NCBI GenBank assembly: GCA_045611965.1 | Contig: JAZKYE010000062.1 | Span: 443 to 64,442, forward strand | Direction of reading: 5' to 3' | Source of the DNA: Eubacteriales bacterium | Lineage (GTDB): Bacteria; Bacillota; Clostridia; Oscillospirales; CAG-272 | Length of the DNA stretch: 64,000 nt | Shown: positions 43,732 through 54,103 of the stretch, piece after piece | Position numbering within the stretch: position 1 is the stretch's first letter | Layout of the letters: every line of letters begins with the position of its first letter | The notes under the pieces: model-generated | Databases searched by the model: none | Told to the model about the DNA's origin: nothing | What the model saw: only the letters and a program-made list of their open reading frames with translations | Made by a program: the position numbers and the translations under genes

Positions 43732-44931
43732 TCAGTCAAGAAGTCTTATCGTAGCCTTGACGTCGCGGTGAAGCATCTCAAGCTTCTGACGAAGCTCGCG
43801 CTCGGACATTTTCGGGGTGACGAAGAACACCTCGCCGCCGTCGCTGACAAGGCTTACCGCGCCAAATACGCGGACTATATCAGCCTCTGTGCCCTCAGTC
43901 GCAACATAGTGGCGAGAAGCAAAATCATCAAAATTACGAGGCTTCTTAATTCTGTCAAAGCTCGGTGATGCACAATGAACGCCTGATCGCATTATCTGCA
44001 TAAGGTCACCGACAACGGCAGATGCGGTTGCACCGGCACCGGCACCCTGACCGTAGAACATTACGTTACCGAGAGGCTCACCGACAACCTCGACAGCGTT
44101 ATACACACCGCTGACCGTGCCGAGAGGCTCGCTCTTTGAAATCATAAAGGGGGCTACCATAACGAAGGGCTCGCATCCGTCCTCTGCAATACATCTGCCG
44201 ACGAGCTTGATGCTAAATCCGAGGCGTTCAGCCGCCTTGACGTCCTCTTCTCTGATAGCGGTAATTCCCTCGGTATGAACCGTGTCGGGGGAAACGAGCT
44301 TACCCGTAACGAGGGCGGTGAGAATAACTATCTTACGGCAGGCATCAATTCCAAGGACGTCTGCATCGGGATTTCTCTCGGCATAGCCGCGAGCCTGCGC
44401 GTCTGCAAGCGCGTTCTCAAAGCTGTCGCCAAACGCAAACATCTTCGTCAATATATAGTTGGTCGTTCCGTTGAGAATGCCGCGTACCTCGCGGATTTTA
44501 TTCTGTCTTACGCAGGAAATGATAGGTGATATAACGGGAATGCCGCCGCCGACAGCCGCTTCAAAGCGATAGCACACACCGTTTGCCGCAGCAAGGGCTA
44601 AAAACTCATCGCCGAAGTTAGCAACGACCTCTTTGTTAGAGGTGATTACATTCTTACCTGCGTTCAGCGCGCGTACGGTAAACTCGTAGGCAGGATGCGA
44701 GCCGCCCATAACCTCTATTACGGTATCCACATCGGGGTCCTTTACTATAATATCATAGTCGTGTATAACTCGGTCGGCAAAGGGTGAGTCGGGGAAATCG
44801 CGAAGGTCAAGTATATACTTAACGTTGATTTTATCCCCTCCGAGAGTCGCGACCTCTGCGCTGTTGTCATAAAGAAGCTTGGCAACACCGCTACCTACTA
44901 CTCCGAAGCCGAGAATTGCAACATTTGTCAT
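43732..44931 (-). CDS. hom: Homoserine dehydrogenase
   Basis: VAILGFGVVGSGVAKLL is a Rossmann N-terminus. The central NGTTNYILT region and a C-terminal ACT-like domain are present. 399 aa. Confidence 0.9.
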   Translation of the reverse strand: MTNVAILGFGVVGSGVAKLLYDNSAEVATLGGDKINVKYILDLRDFPDSPFADRVIHDYDIIVKDPDVDTVIEVMGGSHPAYEFTVRALNAGKNVITSNKEVVANFGDEFLALAAANGVCYRFEAAVGGGIPVISPIISCVRQNKIREVRGILNGTTNYILTKMFAFGDSFENALADAQARGYAERNPDADVLGIDACRKIVILTALVTGKLVSPDTVHTEGITAIREEDVKAAERLGFSIKLVGRCIAEDGCEPFVMVAPFMISKSEPLGTVSGVYNAVEVVGEPLGNVMFYGQGAGAGATASAVVGDLMQIMRSGVHCASPSFDRIKKPRNFDDFASRHYVATEGTEADIVRVFGAVSLVSDGGEVFFVTPKMSERELRQKLEMLHRDVKATIRLLD

Positions 44932-44989
44932 TTTAATATGCCTTTCAGTTTTATCTCTAATCTAACACCGTATAGTTTACCATAAGACG

Positions 44990-45032
44990 CAAAAAAAATC
45001 AAGACACTCACGCGATTTTTCGAGTGCCTTGA
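44990..45032 (-). terminator. Rho-independent terminator after the M23 peptidase gene
   Basis: The minus strand reads CAAGGCACTCG...CGTGAGTGTCTTG (a stem with G-U pairs) followed by ATTTTTTTTG. Confidence 0.6.
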
Positions 45033-45047
45033 TATATTTTTTATAAA

Positions 45048-45725
45048 TTATGCTACAATGCCGAGCGAGGCGCTTTTCGATTCGTCCTCAATATAGTCAA
45101 GAGGGTTTACCGAAACGCCCGAAATATTCATTTCAAAATGAAGATGAGGCTCGTCTGCAAGCTCGATAACCGAGCTGTCACCGACAAGTCCGATGACATC
45201 GCCCGACTTGACCGTAGCACCCACCTCAAGCGTTACGCTGTCAGGGTCAAGGTTAGAATAAACGGTCTTGTGAGTATCGCTGTGCGATATCTCAATGCTC
45301 TTGCCGAGCATAGGGTCGTTGAACACGCGCACGACCTCACCGTCTGCGGCGGCAAACACCTCTGCGCCGGCGTCGGTGGTGATGTCAAGTCCCTTGTGAA
45401 TACGCCACTCGTCAAGAGTTTCCGAGAACACGGGTACTGTTGTGCTATGCGATTTTGCAACCGTGCCAACGGCAGGGCTGACGAAGGTGAGCTTTACCTC
45501 AGGCTTCTTGTCATCCGCAGGCGGCTTCTGCGTGTCGGTGCTGTTATTGTCCCCATCCTGATTACCGCCGTCGGTTGCGGGCGGGGGCGTTTGTACATCG
45601 GGCTTTCTGCCGTTTGCAACGACGATTCCTATCACCACTGCGCTGATACACAGTATGGCAATAACCGTCGCGTAGATAATTTTCGAGGCTGTCGGGTTGT
45701 TGCTGAATTTGAATTTCTTTTCCAT
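45048..45725 (-). CDS. M23 family peptidoglycan metalloendopeptidase, membrane-anchored
   Basis: N-terminal TM helix, HKGLDI, and GDSSVIELADEPHLHFEM (the HxH region). Confidence 0.85.
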   Translation of the reverse strand: MEKKFKFSNNPTASKIIYATVIAILCISAVVIGIVVANGRKPDVQTPPPATDGGNQDGDNNSTDTQKPPADDKKPEVKLTFVSPAVGTVAKSHSTTVPVFSETLDEWRIHKGLDITTDAGAEVFAAADGEVVRVFNDPMLGKSIEISHSDTHKTVYSNLDPDSVTLEVGATVKSGDVIGLVGDSSVIELADEPHLHFEMNISGVSVNPLDYIEDESKSASLGIVA

Positions 45726-45796
45726 AGTGCTTTCCTTTCTTTTGTTCTATGCCTATATTTTTCACAAATATGGAAAAGTTATTCACTAAAGAAAAT

Positions 45797-45835
45797 AAAA
45801 ATCTGCGAGAAACAAGCAAAGCCTCGCAGATTTTT
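45797..45835. terminator. Terminator after pgsA (symmetrical A/T flanks)
   Basis: AAAAATCTGCGAG (45797-45809) pairs with CTCGCAGATTTTT (45823-45835). Confidence 0.75.
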
Positions 45836-45867
45836 ATATTAAAGATTACTACCCGTAAGATTAAGGA

Positions 45868-46482
45868 TTACTGCTCGTCAGACGGTGTGTCGCAGGTCTT
45901 GGTCATATAAGGAAGATAGCCGACGAAATACGAGTAGCCTGAGCCGAGCGTGGTCACCGCCATAATAGCCATCATACAGTAGCTGATTATGCGTCCCGTG
46001 GGGAAAAGCGGCTCAAGAATAATAAGGACGGTTCCTACCATCTGGGATACGGTTTTAAGCTTGCCGAATATATTTGCGGCAAGGTCAACCTTGACACCCG
46101 AGCCTGCAACCACAAGGCGAAGGCTGGTCACCGCAAGCTCACGGAAGAGCACGATAAGAACGAGCCAGACGAATACCGACGCTAAAAGCTCTTCGCCGTC
46201 AAGAAGGATTCTTACGTTAATTGCGATAAGCGAGGAAATAACCATAAACTTATCCGCAAGCGGATCTATGAATTTACCGAAGTCGGTGACGAGACCGTAC
46301 TTTCTCGCAATCTTGCCGTCAAGCATATCGGTAAGAGCCGTCAGCGCGTAGATTATAGCAGGCACGACAAGCCCCCATACCTCAATATCACGCATAAATA
46401 TTATCGACGCAACAAAGAGCGGAACAAGCGCAACTCTTATAAGCGAAAGAACGTTAGGAACATTCAAAACTTTATTATTCAT
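45868..46482 (-). CDS. pgsA: CDP-diacylglycerol--glycerol-3-phosphate 3-phosphatidyltransferase
   Basis: The CDP-alcohol phosphatidyltransferase motif DMLDGKIARKYGLVTDFGKFIDPLADK is present. 204 aa, polytopic. Confidence 0.9.
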   Translation of the reverse strand: MNNKVLNVPNVLSLIRVALVPLFVASIIFMRDIEVWGLVVPAIIYALTALTDMLDGKIARKYGLVTDFGKFIDPLADKFMVISSLIAINVRILLDGEELLASVFVWLVLIVLFRELAVTSLRLVVAGSGVKVDLAANIFGKLKTVSQMVGTVLIILEPLFPTGRIISYCMMAIMAVTTLGSGYSYFVGYLPYMTKTCDTPSDEQ

Positions 46483-46534
46483 TCAGCATACTCCATTCAA
46501 TAACCATCTAAATTGCACATATTTGTTGTCAAAA

Positions 46535-47866
46535 TCAACCAATTACAGCAGTTCCAACCAAATCGTAATCAAGCGACTGCTCGATAATTACATCTACAAA
46601 CTCACCCTCGGAAATCTTTTTTCTTGGGGACTTGAAGTAAACTCTGCCATCGACGTCGGGCGCATCCCTGAACGAGCGTCCGTAGTAAACCTCTGCCACG
46701 GTATCAAAGCCCTCGCAAAGCACCTCGAAGGTCTTTCCTATACATTCGTTACCGATATCCTCGGATACGGTCAGCTGTGTCTGCATAAGTATATCGTATC
46801 TGTCCTGCTTGGTCTGCGCGTCAACGTCATCGGCAAGCTCTGCTGCCGCAGTTCCTTCCTCTGACGAATAGGTGAATGCGCCAAAACGCTCAAAGCGCGC
46901 TTCCTTTACAAACTCGCAAAGGGCGCAGAAATCCTCTTCGCTCTCGCCCGGGAAACCGACCATCGCGGTGGTACGAAGCACGATATCGGGCACCTCGTCG
47001 CGAAGCCTTTTGACCGTCGTGCGAATAAGTTCTGATCCGCCGTGACGGTTCATAGCAGTAAGCACCTTGTCCGATATGTGCTGAATAGGAATATCGACGT
47101 ATTTAAGAAGTCTGTCGTTGTTTTTAAGCTCGGAAATAAGCTCGTCGGTAATTTTGTCGGGATAGAGGTAAAGAAGTCTTATCCACGGAATTTCGGTTGC
47201 GTCGCAAATTGCTCTGATGAGCCTTGCCAAGGACAGCTCACCGTAAAGGTCAAGACCGTATCTTGAGGTATCCTGCGCGATAAGATTGATTTCCTTAACG
47301 CCAAGCGCCTCAAGCTCCTTTGCCTCTCTTACGATATCCTCAATAGTGCGTGAGCGAAGTCCGCCCCTTATCATAGGGATAGCGCAGTAGGTGCAGCGGT
47401 TGTCACAGCCCTCTGCTATTTTTATGTAAGCCGTATAGTCGGGTGTCGTGAGTATGCGCTCACCGCCGAGAGGTGATTTTTCCTTGTCGGGAAGGCAGAC
47501 GAAGCGCTCACCGCGCATTACCGCCTCACACGCCTCGGCAATCTTATCTATGCCGCCGACACCGACGATGCCGTCAAGCTCGGGAAGCTCGGTCAGCACC
47601 TCTTCACCGTATCTTTGCGCGAGGCATCCTGCCGCTATGAGGTATTTAAGCGTGCCGTCCTCTTTAAGACGCGCAAGCTCGAGTATCGCATCAATGCTCT
47701 CGCTCTTTGCCGCCTCGATGAAGCCACAGGTATTGACTACTATAATTTCAGCCTCGCTCTCGTCGGGTGTTATCTCAAAGCCGGCATCGTAAAGAGTGCG
47801 AAGCATTACCTCGGTGTCAACGAGGTTTTTAGAGCATCCGAGCGAAACAAATCCAACCTTTGTCAT
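46535..47866 (-). CDS. rimO: Ribosomal protein S12 methylthiotransferase (radical SAM MTTase)
   Basis: VGFVSLGCSKNLVDTEVM is the N-terminal MTTase domain. The radical-SAM motif is CDNRCTYCAIP. A C-terminal TRAM-like domain is present. 443 aa. Confidence 0.85.
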   Translation of the reverse strand: MTKVGFVSLGCSKNLVDTEVMLRTLYDAGFEITPDESEAEIIVVNTCGFIEAAKSESIDAILELARLKEDGTLKYLIAAGCLAQRYGEEVLTELPELDGIVGVGGIDKIAEACEAVMRGERFVCLPDKEKSPLGGERILTTPDYTAYIKIAEGCDNRCTYCAIPMIRGGLRSRTIEDIVREAKELEALGVKEINLIAQDTSRYGLDLYGELSLARLIRAICDATEIPWIRLLYLYPDKITDELISELKNNDRLLKYVDIPIQHISDKVLTAMNRHGGSELIRTTVKRLRDEVPDIVLRTTAMVGFPGESEEDFCALCEFVKEARFERFGAFTYSSEEGTAAAELADDVDAQTKQDRYDILMQTQLTVSEDIGNECIGKTFEVLCEGFDTVAEVYYGRSFRDAPDVDGRVYFKSPRKKISEGEFVDVIIEQSLDYDLVGTAVIG

Positions 47867-47880
47867 TCTTTCACACCTTT

Positions 47881-48441
47881 TTATTTCAGAAATTTTGCAA
47901 ATCTTGGGCGCAGGCGCTCAAAATACGCGCGTATCATAACCTTTAAGAAGATATCGTAGACGATAAATGCTATGTTGCACGCAAGGTACAGCGCCGCAAC
48001 GATTACCTTACCTATAAGCTCCGCATTATCACCCTCGAGCGTAATTCCGTCAAGCACGAAAAGCGGCACACCGAAAACAAGCTCGCTGAACGCCATAAGA
48101 AGTCCGAGCACCGCGTTGAAATACGCAAGCTTCACCTGCCACGCAAAGGCAAGAGGAAGCTTTTCGATGTAATAACGCAAAATAGGATAAAGCCCGAATA
48201 TCAGAAAATAGGTTATAAAGCCGAAGCCCGTCGGAAAGAGCAACGCAGAAATAAGCGTCACCGTTATCCACAAAAGATACTGATACGGCGAGCCGACCTC
48301 GGCGTGCACGAAAATCACGATAAGCGAGCAGAATGCCGCGAGGGCAAGCTCACCTACCGAGGTCAGCGCGCCTATGGCTAAAAGCACCACGCTGATAGCC
48401 GCCATAATGGCCGACAAAGCCAGCCTTTTAGTCTGCTTCAT
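47881..48441 (-). CDS. Hypothetical polytopic membrane protein (186 aa)
   Basis: About 5 hydrophobic helices. It lies 3 nt downstream of the J-domain gene. I recognise no family. Confidence 0.55.
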   Translation of the reverse strand: MKQTKRLALSAIMAAISVVLLAIGALTSVGELALAAFCSLIVIFVHAEVGSPYQYLLWITVTLISALLFPTGFGFITYFLIFGLYPILRYYIEKLPLAFAWQVKLAYFNAVLGLLMAFSELVFGVPLFVLDGITLEGDNAELIGKVIVAALYLACNIAFIVYDIFLKVMIRAYFERLRPRFAKFLK

Positions 48442-48444
48442 CGC

Positions 48445-49119
48445 TTAACAGCAGGAAATGAGGTCACCGCCCATGCACTCGCAAAGGCAGTCAAGGCAGA
48501 TGAGATTTGCACAGCAGTCGCAAGCATCGTCGCCTCTGCCTCTGCCGTTGCTGTAAGGTCGTCTGTTATAGCTTGAGGTAGATGAGCCGTAGTAGGTATT
48601 GCCGTATGCGCCCGAGCTCTGATTAAACATTTCCTTTGCCTTCTGGTACTCAAAATTAGACGGGTCCATATTGCAGGCAATCTCAAGCTCACGCATAGCG
48701 TCAGAGGACATCTTGCGGCTCATGAGCACAAGCGACATAAGATAGTGCCACTCTGCAACGCGGCGCGCATAATCTATCGCGTTAAGCTTTCTTTCAGCAT
48801 CCAAAAACTTATGCGCGTTTATATCCTGCCTTATTTCAATATATATAGGGTCCTGCGAGCCCGAATATCCGCCGGACGAGGACTGACCGTAGTAGGTGCT
48901 CTGTCCCGTGTAAGCGCCACCCTGCTCTCTTATTCTCTGGATTTCATCGTAAGCCCAGTTGATTTCCTGCATTTTTTCATTTGCGAGATCGGAAAGCGGA
49001 TTTTTTTCGTCATAATTGTCGGGATGATACTTTCTTGCTAACTGTCGGTAAGCATTTTTAACCTCTTCGTCGCTTGCGTTTCTCGATACACCGAGTATGG
49101 AATAGGGGTCCTTATTCAT
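48445..49119 (-). CDS. J-domain (DnaJ-like) protein with a C-terminal cysteine string
   Basis: DPYSILGV...ARKYHPDN is the J domain with its HPD motif. The C-terminal [25 protein letters not shown] has 10 Cys in 25 aa. I prefer the ATG at 49119 (AGGAAG RBS); it overlaps the DUF5685 stop. Confidence 0.8.
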   Translation of the reverse strand: MNKDPYSILGVSRNASDEEVKNAYRQLARKYHPDNYDEKNPLSDLANEKMQEINWAYDEIQRIREQGGAYTGQSTYYGQSSSGGYSGSQDPIYIEIRQDINAHKFLDAERKLNAIDYARRVAEWHYLMSLVLMSRKMSSDAMRELEIACNMDPSNFEYQKAKEMFNQSSGAYGNTYYGSSTSSYNRRPYSNGRGRGDDACDCCANLICLDCLCECMGGDLISCC

Positions 49120-49996
49120 CTGAATTCTTCCTTTCTTCGCCCGTGGTGTCCTTTTTGTCAAGAAACGAAATCCTTTCGGGCAATCCTACGTATATTATAT
49201 TTCTTAATATGTTTTCAATCGAAACGTTATCACCGAACGGAAGCGCGCAAACAGCCTCTTCAAGCGCACGACATTCAAGCAGAAGTCCGCACTTTATCGT
49301 CTGTCGGTTGGCATCGGTAAGCCCACCCTTGCCGTAAATCTCGCAAAACGGATTATAGCTTCCCGTAACTCTGTCGCGCTCGTAATCCTCTGCGGCATCT
49401 GCCGAGTAGATAAACTTGCCGATATGGCAGCCGACGCTGTAAAGCACTCCGCGATACTCGCCGTCTATGCCGTATGCAAATATCTCGCCGAGAAGCTCAC
49501 CGAAGAGAGCCGCAGGTCCGTCAACGCTTGCCACGCGCTCTTTTTCAAGCGCGCTTATTTTGTCAAGGCGGTCCTTTGCTACGTCGCAAAGCGTGGCAAG
49601 CCCTGCCCTTCTCTTCGCTGAAGAAAAGATAGGCTTTATAAGCGATACGCCAAGCCTTTTCATCAGTCGCTCGTCTGCCGTGTCGTCGCAAAGCTTATAA
49701 TAGGTTAGTATTGCAAAAGCGCGCGCGGTATATTCAAGCGCCTCGTTATCGTCGAGCATCGTTCTCTTTTTAAGAGGGTGCGCGATACACGAGGACCTTG
49801 TTGCAGTTATTTTGCTTTTGTCGATAAATAACATTCTGACCAGCGCAAGAAATACGCTGTCATAGCTGTGAAGCGTGTTTGACAAAGCGCCCGTATAGCG
49901 CTTCATACACCTACACACTCCGCAATAGGCAGCGCGGTAGAGCTCGTGCTCCTTGACGAGCAATTCCGCGACCTGAGGTCTTACGTAACCGAACAT
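49112..49996 (-). CDS. DUF5685 family protein
   Basis: [36 protein letters not shown] matches the N-terminal pattern I associate with DUF5685 (MFGYV.P....L...E...Y...YCG.C). Confidence 0.65.
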   Translation of the reverse strand: MFGYVRPQVAELLVKEHELYRAAYCGVCRCMKRYTGALSNTLHSYDSVFLALVRMLFIDKSKITATRSSCIAHPLKKRTMLDDNEALEYTARAFAILTYYKLCDDTADERLMKRLGVSLIKPIFSSAKRRAGLATLCDVAKDRLDKISALEKERVASVDGPAALFGELLGEIFAYGIDGEYRGVLYSVGCHIGKFIYSADAAEDYERDRVTGSYNPFCEIYGKGGLTDANRQTIKCGLLLECRALEEAVCALPFGDNVSIENILRNIIYVGLPERISFLDKKDTTGEERKNSDE

Positions 49997-50074
49997 CAGT
50001 TTACCTCATACGAGTAAATTTTGTTTTAGCACGGGCGAGCGCATTTTATGCGCGTCGCAGGTCCTTTTTAAAAA

Positions 50075-52246
50075 TCAGTTGCCCATTCCCTTTCTCGAAA
50101 GAGAGATGCGGTGCTTGACGAGGTCAACGCCCTTGATACGAACGTCGATAACGTCACCCGTCTTAAAGAGCTCTGATGGGTGCTTGATAAATCTGTCGGA
50201 CATCTCGGATATGTGAAGAAGTCCGTCGTGATGAACGCCTATATCAACGAAGCAGCCGAAGTCGGTAACATTTCTTACAGTACCCTTAAGCGTCATACCC
50301 TCTTTAAGGTCGTTAATATCAAGAACCTCGGTTGAGAGGATAGGTGCGGGCGCGTCGTCACGGATATCGCGGCCGGGCTTTTCAAGCTCGGAAATAATAT
50401 CCTCAAGCGTGGGCTCACCGCATCCGAGCTCGCGTGCAAGCTTTGCCGTACCGTACTGCTCTGCCTTGAAGCGAAGAAGCATAAGCTGTCCACGGCGCAC
50501 GTCCTCGGTAGAGAAGCCGAACTTTGCAAGAAGCGTCTCTGCGATAGCATAGGACTCGGGGTGAACGCCCGTAGAGTCAAGAACATCCTTTGCGTCGTGA
50601 ATACGAAGGAAGCCTGCACACTGTAAGAACGCCTTGTCGCCTATCTTGGGAACCTTGAGAAGCTGGCTTCTGCTCTTGAACTCACCGTTCTTCTCTCTGA
50701 ACGCAACGATATTCTTTGCGGCAGTAAGATTGATACCCGAAACATAGGAAAGAAGCGAGTAGGATGCGGTGTTTACGTCAACGCCTACTGCGTTAACGCA
50801 GTTCTCAACAACACCGCCGAGAGCCTCGGTAAGTCTTGCCTGCTTCATATCGTGCTGATACTGTCCGACACCGATAGCTTTGGGCTCTATCTTAACGAGC
50901 TCTGCAAGGGGGTCCTGAAGCCTTCTTGCGATGGAAATTGCACTTCTCTGCATAACGTCAAAGTCAGGGAATTCCTCGGTTGCTACCTTTGAGGCGGAAT
51001 AAACGCTCGCGCCTGCCTCGGATACTATGGTATATGCAACGCCCTTGCGGCACGCAGGATTTTTAAGAACGCCTGCGATAAACTGCTCGCTCTCGCGAGA
51101 GGCAGTACCGTTTCCGATAGAAACGACGTCAACGTTATAGGAATTTATAAGCTTGAGAACGACTGCGGTAGAGCGAGCGACGTCCTCTCTTGGCTTTACG
51201 GGATAAATAACCGCGGTGTCAAGCACCTTACCCGTCTTATCAACGACGGCAAGCTTACAGCCGTGAGCGTAGCCGGGGTCGTAGCCGAGCACGGTCTTGC
51301 CCTTAAGAGGTGAGGCAAGAAGAAGGTTGCGTAAATTCTCGCTGAATACCTTAAGCGCACCCTCGCACGCGTCGTCAAAGAGCGAGGTTCTGACCTCTCT
51401 TTCAATAGCGGGGAACAAAAGTCTTGAATACGCGTCCTTTACGGTTTCCATAAGGTAAGGAAGCGCAGGTGACTTCTTATTGGTGATAACTCGGCTGACG
51501 AGCTGGGCAATTCCCTCGTCCTCGGGAAGCGTTACCGCAACCTTAAGAATATCCTCCTTCTCACCTCTGTTTATAGCAAGAACTCTGTGTCCCTTGAGCT
51601 TCTTGATAGGCTCGGAAAAGTCGTAATAGTTCTCGTAAACGGTGGTTTCCTCGGTAGTGCCCTTGGTCGTAAGCGAGCCGTAGCTCATAGTATATTCACG
51701 AAGCATCTTTCTGATTTCAGCGCTGTTGGAAATATCCTCTGCGATGATATCCGACGCGCCCGCAAGAGCCGCCGCCGCGTCAGGGACCTCCTTGCCCTCT
51801 TCAGCACTGATAAACTGCTCTGCATAAGCAGCAATTTCGGGGTCGTACGCATCCTTTTGCTCGAGAATGTAGTTTGCAAGAGGCTCAAGTCCCTTCGCTC
51901 TTGCGATAGAGGCTCTGGTCGTTCTCTTGGGCTTGAAGGGGCGGTATATGTCCTCAAGCTCTACAAGCGTGGTTGCGTTATTCAGTGCAAAGGTGATTTC
52001 GGGCGTGAGCTTCTCCTGTGCCTCGATAAGCGCGGAAATCTCGCCTCTGCGCTCTTCAAGCTTGCGAAGATAGTTAAGTCTGTCAACGAGATCGCGAAGG
52101 ATCATATCGTCAAGACCGCCCGTAACCTCCTTACGGTAACGGGAAATGAAGGGGATAGTGTTTCCCTCGTCGATAAGGGCAACGGTCTTTTCAACCTGCT
52201 CCTGCGTTATTCCGAATTCCTTTGATAATGCTTCTGTAATGTTCAT
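50075..52246 (-). CDS. tex: Tex-like RNA-binding transcriptional accessory protein (YqgF/HhH/S1 domains)
   Basis: Starts MNITEALSKEFGITQEQVEKTVALIDEGNTIPFISRYRKE. The C-terminal S1 domain has LKGTVRNVTDFGCFVDIGVHHDGLLHISE. Start at 52246 with a GGGAGAA RBS. Confidence 0.9.
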   Translation of the reverse strand: MNITEALSKEFGITQEQVEKTVALIDEGNTIPFISRYRKEVTGGLDDMILRDLVDRLNYLRKLEERRGEISALIEAQEKLTPEITFALNNATTLVELEDIYRPFKPKRTTRASIARAKGLEPLANYILEQKDAYDPEIAAYAEQFISAEEGKEVPDAAAALAGASDIIAEDISNSAEIRKMLREYTMSYGSLTTKGTTEETTVYENYYDFSEPIKKLKGHRVLAINRGEKEDILKVAVTLPEDEGIAQLVSRVITNKKSPALPYLMETVKDAYSRLLFPAIEREVRTSLFDDACEGALKVFSENLRNLLLASPLKGKTVLGYDPGYAHGCKLAVVDKTGKVLDTAVIYPVKPREDVARSTAVVLKLINSYNVDVVSIGNGTASRESEQFIAGVLKNPACRKGVAYTIVSEAGASVYSASKVATEEFPDFDVMQRSAISIARRLQDPLAELVKIEPKAIGVGQYQHDMKQARLTEALGGVVENCVNAVGVDVNTASYSLLSYVSGINLTAAKNIVAFREKNGEFKSRSQLLKVPKIGDKAFLQCAGFLRIHDAKDVLDSTGVHPESYAIAETLLAKFGFSTEDVRRGQLMLLRFKAEQYGTAKLARELGCGEPTLEDIISELEKPGRDIRDDAPAPILSTEVLDINDLKEGMTLKGTVRNVTDFGCFVDIGVHHDGLLHISEMSDRFIKHPSELFKTGDVIDVRIKGVDLVKHRISLSRKGMGN

Positions 52247-52391
52247 CTCGTTCTCCCTGTGGTGATACATATTATTATACGAGTAATATTTTAGCACACC
52301 GAGTCACTTTTGTAAAGCCTAAAATTATTAATTTTTAATTAAATATAGACTGCGCGAGCGCAAGAGTGCGTACGCATTTTTTTGGTAAATG

Positions 52392-52420
52392 TTGAAATTG
52401 GCACTATTCTGTGATATAAT
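52392..52420 (+). promoter_or_regulatory. Sigma-A type promoter of the 528-aa gene
   Basis: TTGAAA (52392-52397), a 17-nt spacer, then TATAAT (52415-52420), with TG at -15/-14. Confidence 0.6.
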
Positions 52421-52449
52421 AGCAGTATCATATACGGGGAGGTGGGCCT

Positions 52450-54036
52450 ATGGATGATAAGAAAAAAACTTCAGCTGATGACAAAATAACAGAGCGCGAG
52501 AATTGCGAAGAGCTGCTTTTATTCGCCGATGACTGCGAAGCAACGGTAAAGAGTAAGGACTTCTTCACCACGGGCACACCAGAGGATGAGGATGCGCTGA
52601 CCTGCTCTATCGAGCAAGCACTTTTGTGTCTTAAAGAGCTTTACGCTATGGATTATACCGACATAGACAAGCCGCGAGTGCTGACGCTCATCAGGATTTA
52701 TATTGGACGGGCTCTGATTTCCTTTGTATCAAGAGTATTCCCAAAAATTCTTGTAAGTAAATCCTTTTCGGATAACAATCAAATCAACGAATATATGAAT
52801 TCAAGGTGCAGGGCAAGCGCTGACGATATTGAAGAGCGGCTTGCTTTAATCGAGCAGTATGTATCTCTTTGCGACAAGGACGAGTTTTCCCCCTATTTTA
52901 CGAAGCGAAGCGGTTATATCGGCTTAGAAGATGGGTATTTTGACGCATTCAGAAAATACGCCCTCGGCACACTGCGCGTCCTTTACGATATGACGATAGC
53001 CGATTTTAACCCGTCATACAGCCTTATAAAGTCAGGCGACCCGACGGCAAAGGAAAAAACCGCCGCGGCAATCAAGCAGGCAGAGCGCGTGCTTCCCACT
53101 CTGCGCTGGATAATGCGCCGCTCGCTTGACACGGTTTTCGTTGACCTGACGGGGCTTCTCACCGCAAGCCTTTGCCGCAACTGCTCGGCAGGCTACCACA
53201 ATCTTGCAATCTGCGCTGAAAACGAAATCAGAAGCATCGGGCAAAAAAAAGAGCACCGCAGTCCCGAACACGACGAGCTTCAGCGTCAGGCACGCACCGC
53301 AAGGCTACGCGAGCAAATGTACGCGGCACGCACCCACACCTATTCTTATCTTCTTGACAGACACGGAAGAAACGACAAGGTAAAGAATTTCGTAAAGGAC
53401 ACGCTGAATATGAAAGCTGACCTTTCGCTGATGAAACACATTGACCTTTTCCACACAGCGATAAGCCTTGGCGGTGAGCATCTTGATTTCTATCTTGATA
53501 ATCAGAGCGAGAAGGGACTGCTTCATTGGTTTAACGGCTTGAAGCCGCTGTGGGACAGAGCCGACGAAACGCTCGGCAGGATGCTTTCGGATATAGCAGG
53601 CTTTCTCACAAGTCACCTTGATGATATAAGAGTTAAAAGAATTCTTTATTTCAGCAACTTCTACGAAACACTTGCCATAGCCTACGCCTACAACTACGGC
53701 TGCTATGAGATATCCGAAAAAATAATCTACAACGGATACGATTATTATCTTGAGCTAAGCACCCTATGGCTGATATTCAGGTTTAACAGACCTGCGTTTG
53801 AGAGCGAGATAAAAAAGCTTAAGGCAATTTGCCTTGAACGCGCTCTTAAATGCTCGGCAGACGATTACTATGCCACAAAAAAATACATACGCACCCTTTA
53901 CGGTGACGAGTTTGTTGACGAGTTCCGACGCATAGCCGAGTCGTCACTTGCCGAAATTGACAGAAATGATGATAAAGACCCTCGCAACCGCGACGGAAGA
54001 ATCACGCCAGAGTGGGCAAGAAACCAAAAGCGATAA
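52450..54036 (+). CDS. Hypothetical all-alpha protein (528 aa)
   Basis: Long clean ORF with a GGGGAGG RBS and an acidic N-terminus. No recognisable catalytic motif. Confidence 0.5.
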   Translation: MDDKKKTSADDKITERENCEELLLFADDCEATVKSKDFFTTGTPEDEDALTCSIEQALLCLKELYAMDYTDIDKPRVLTLIRIYIGRALISFVSRVFPKILVSKSFSDNNQINEYMNSRCRASADDIEERLALIEQYVSLCDKDEFSPYFTKRSGYIGLEDGYFDAFRKYALGTLRVLYDMTIADFNPSYSLIKSGDPTAKEKTAAAIKQAERVLPTLRWIMRRSLDTVFVDLTGLLTASLCRNCSAGYHNLAICAENEIRSIGQKKEHRSPEHDELQRQARTARLREQMYAARTHTYSYLLDRHGRNDKVKNFVKDTLNMKADLSLMKHIDLFHTAISLGGEHLDFYLDNQSEKGLLHWFNGLKPLWDRADETLGRMLSDIAGFLTSHLDDIRVKRILYFSNFYETLAIAYAYNYGCYEISEKIIYNGYDYYLELSTLWLIFRFNRPAFESEIKKLKAICLERALKCSADDYYATKKYIRTLYGDEFVDEFRRIAESSLAEIDRNDDKDPRNRDGRITPEWARNQKR

Positions 54037-54054
54037 CCACTTGTAGATAAAAGA

Positions 54055-54090
54055 AAAACGGTTGAGAAATTCAACCGTTTTTCTTTATTT
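54055..54090. terminator. Bidirectional terminator between the convergent 528-aa and 950-aa genes
   Basis: AAAACGGTTGA (54055-54065) pairs with TCAACCGTTTT (54071-54081). TCTTTATTTT follows. Confidence 0.8.
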
Positions 54091-54103
54091 TGTTAATAGT
54101 TGT

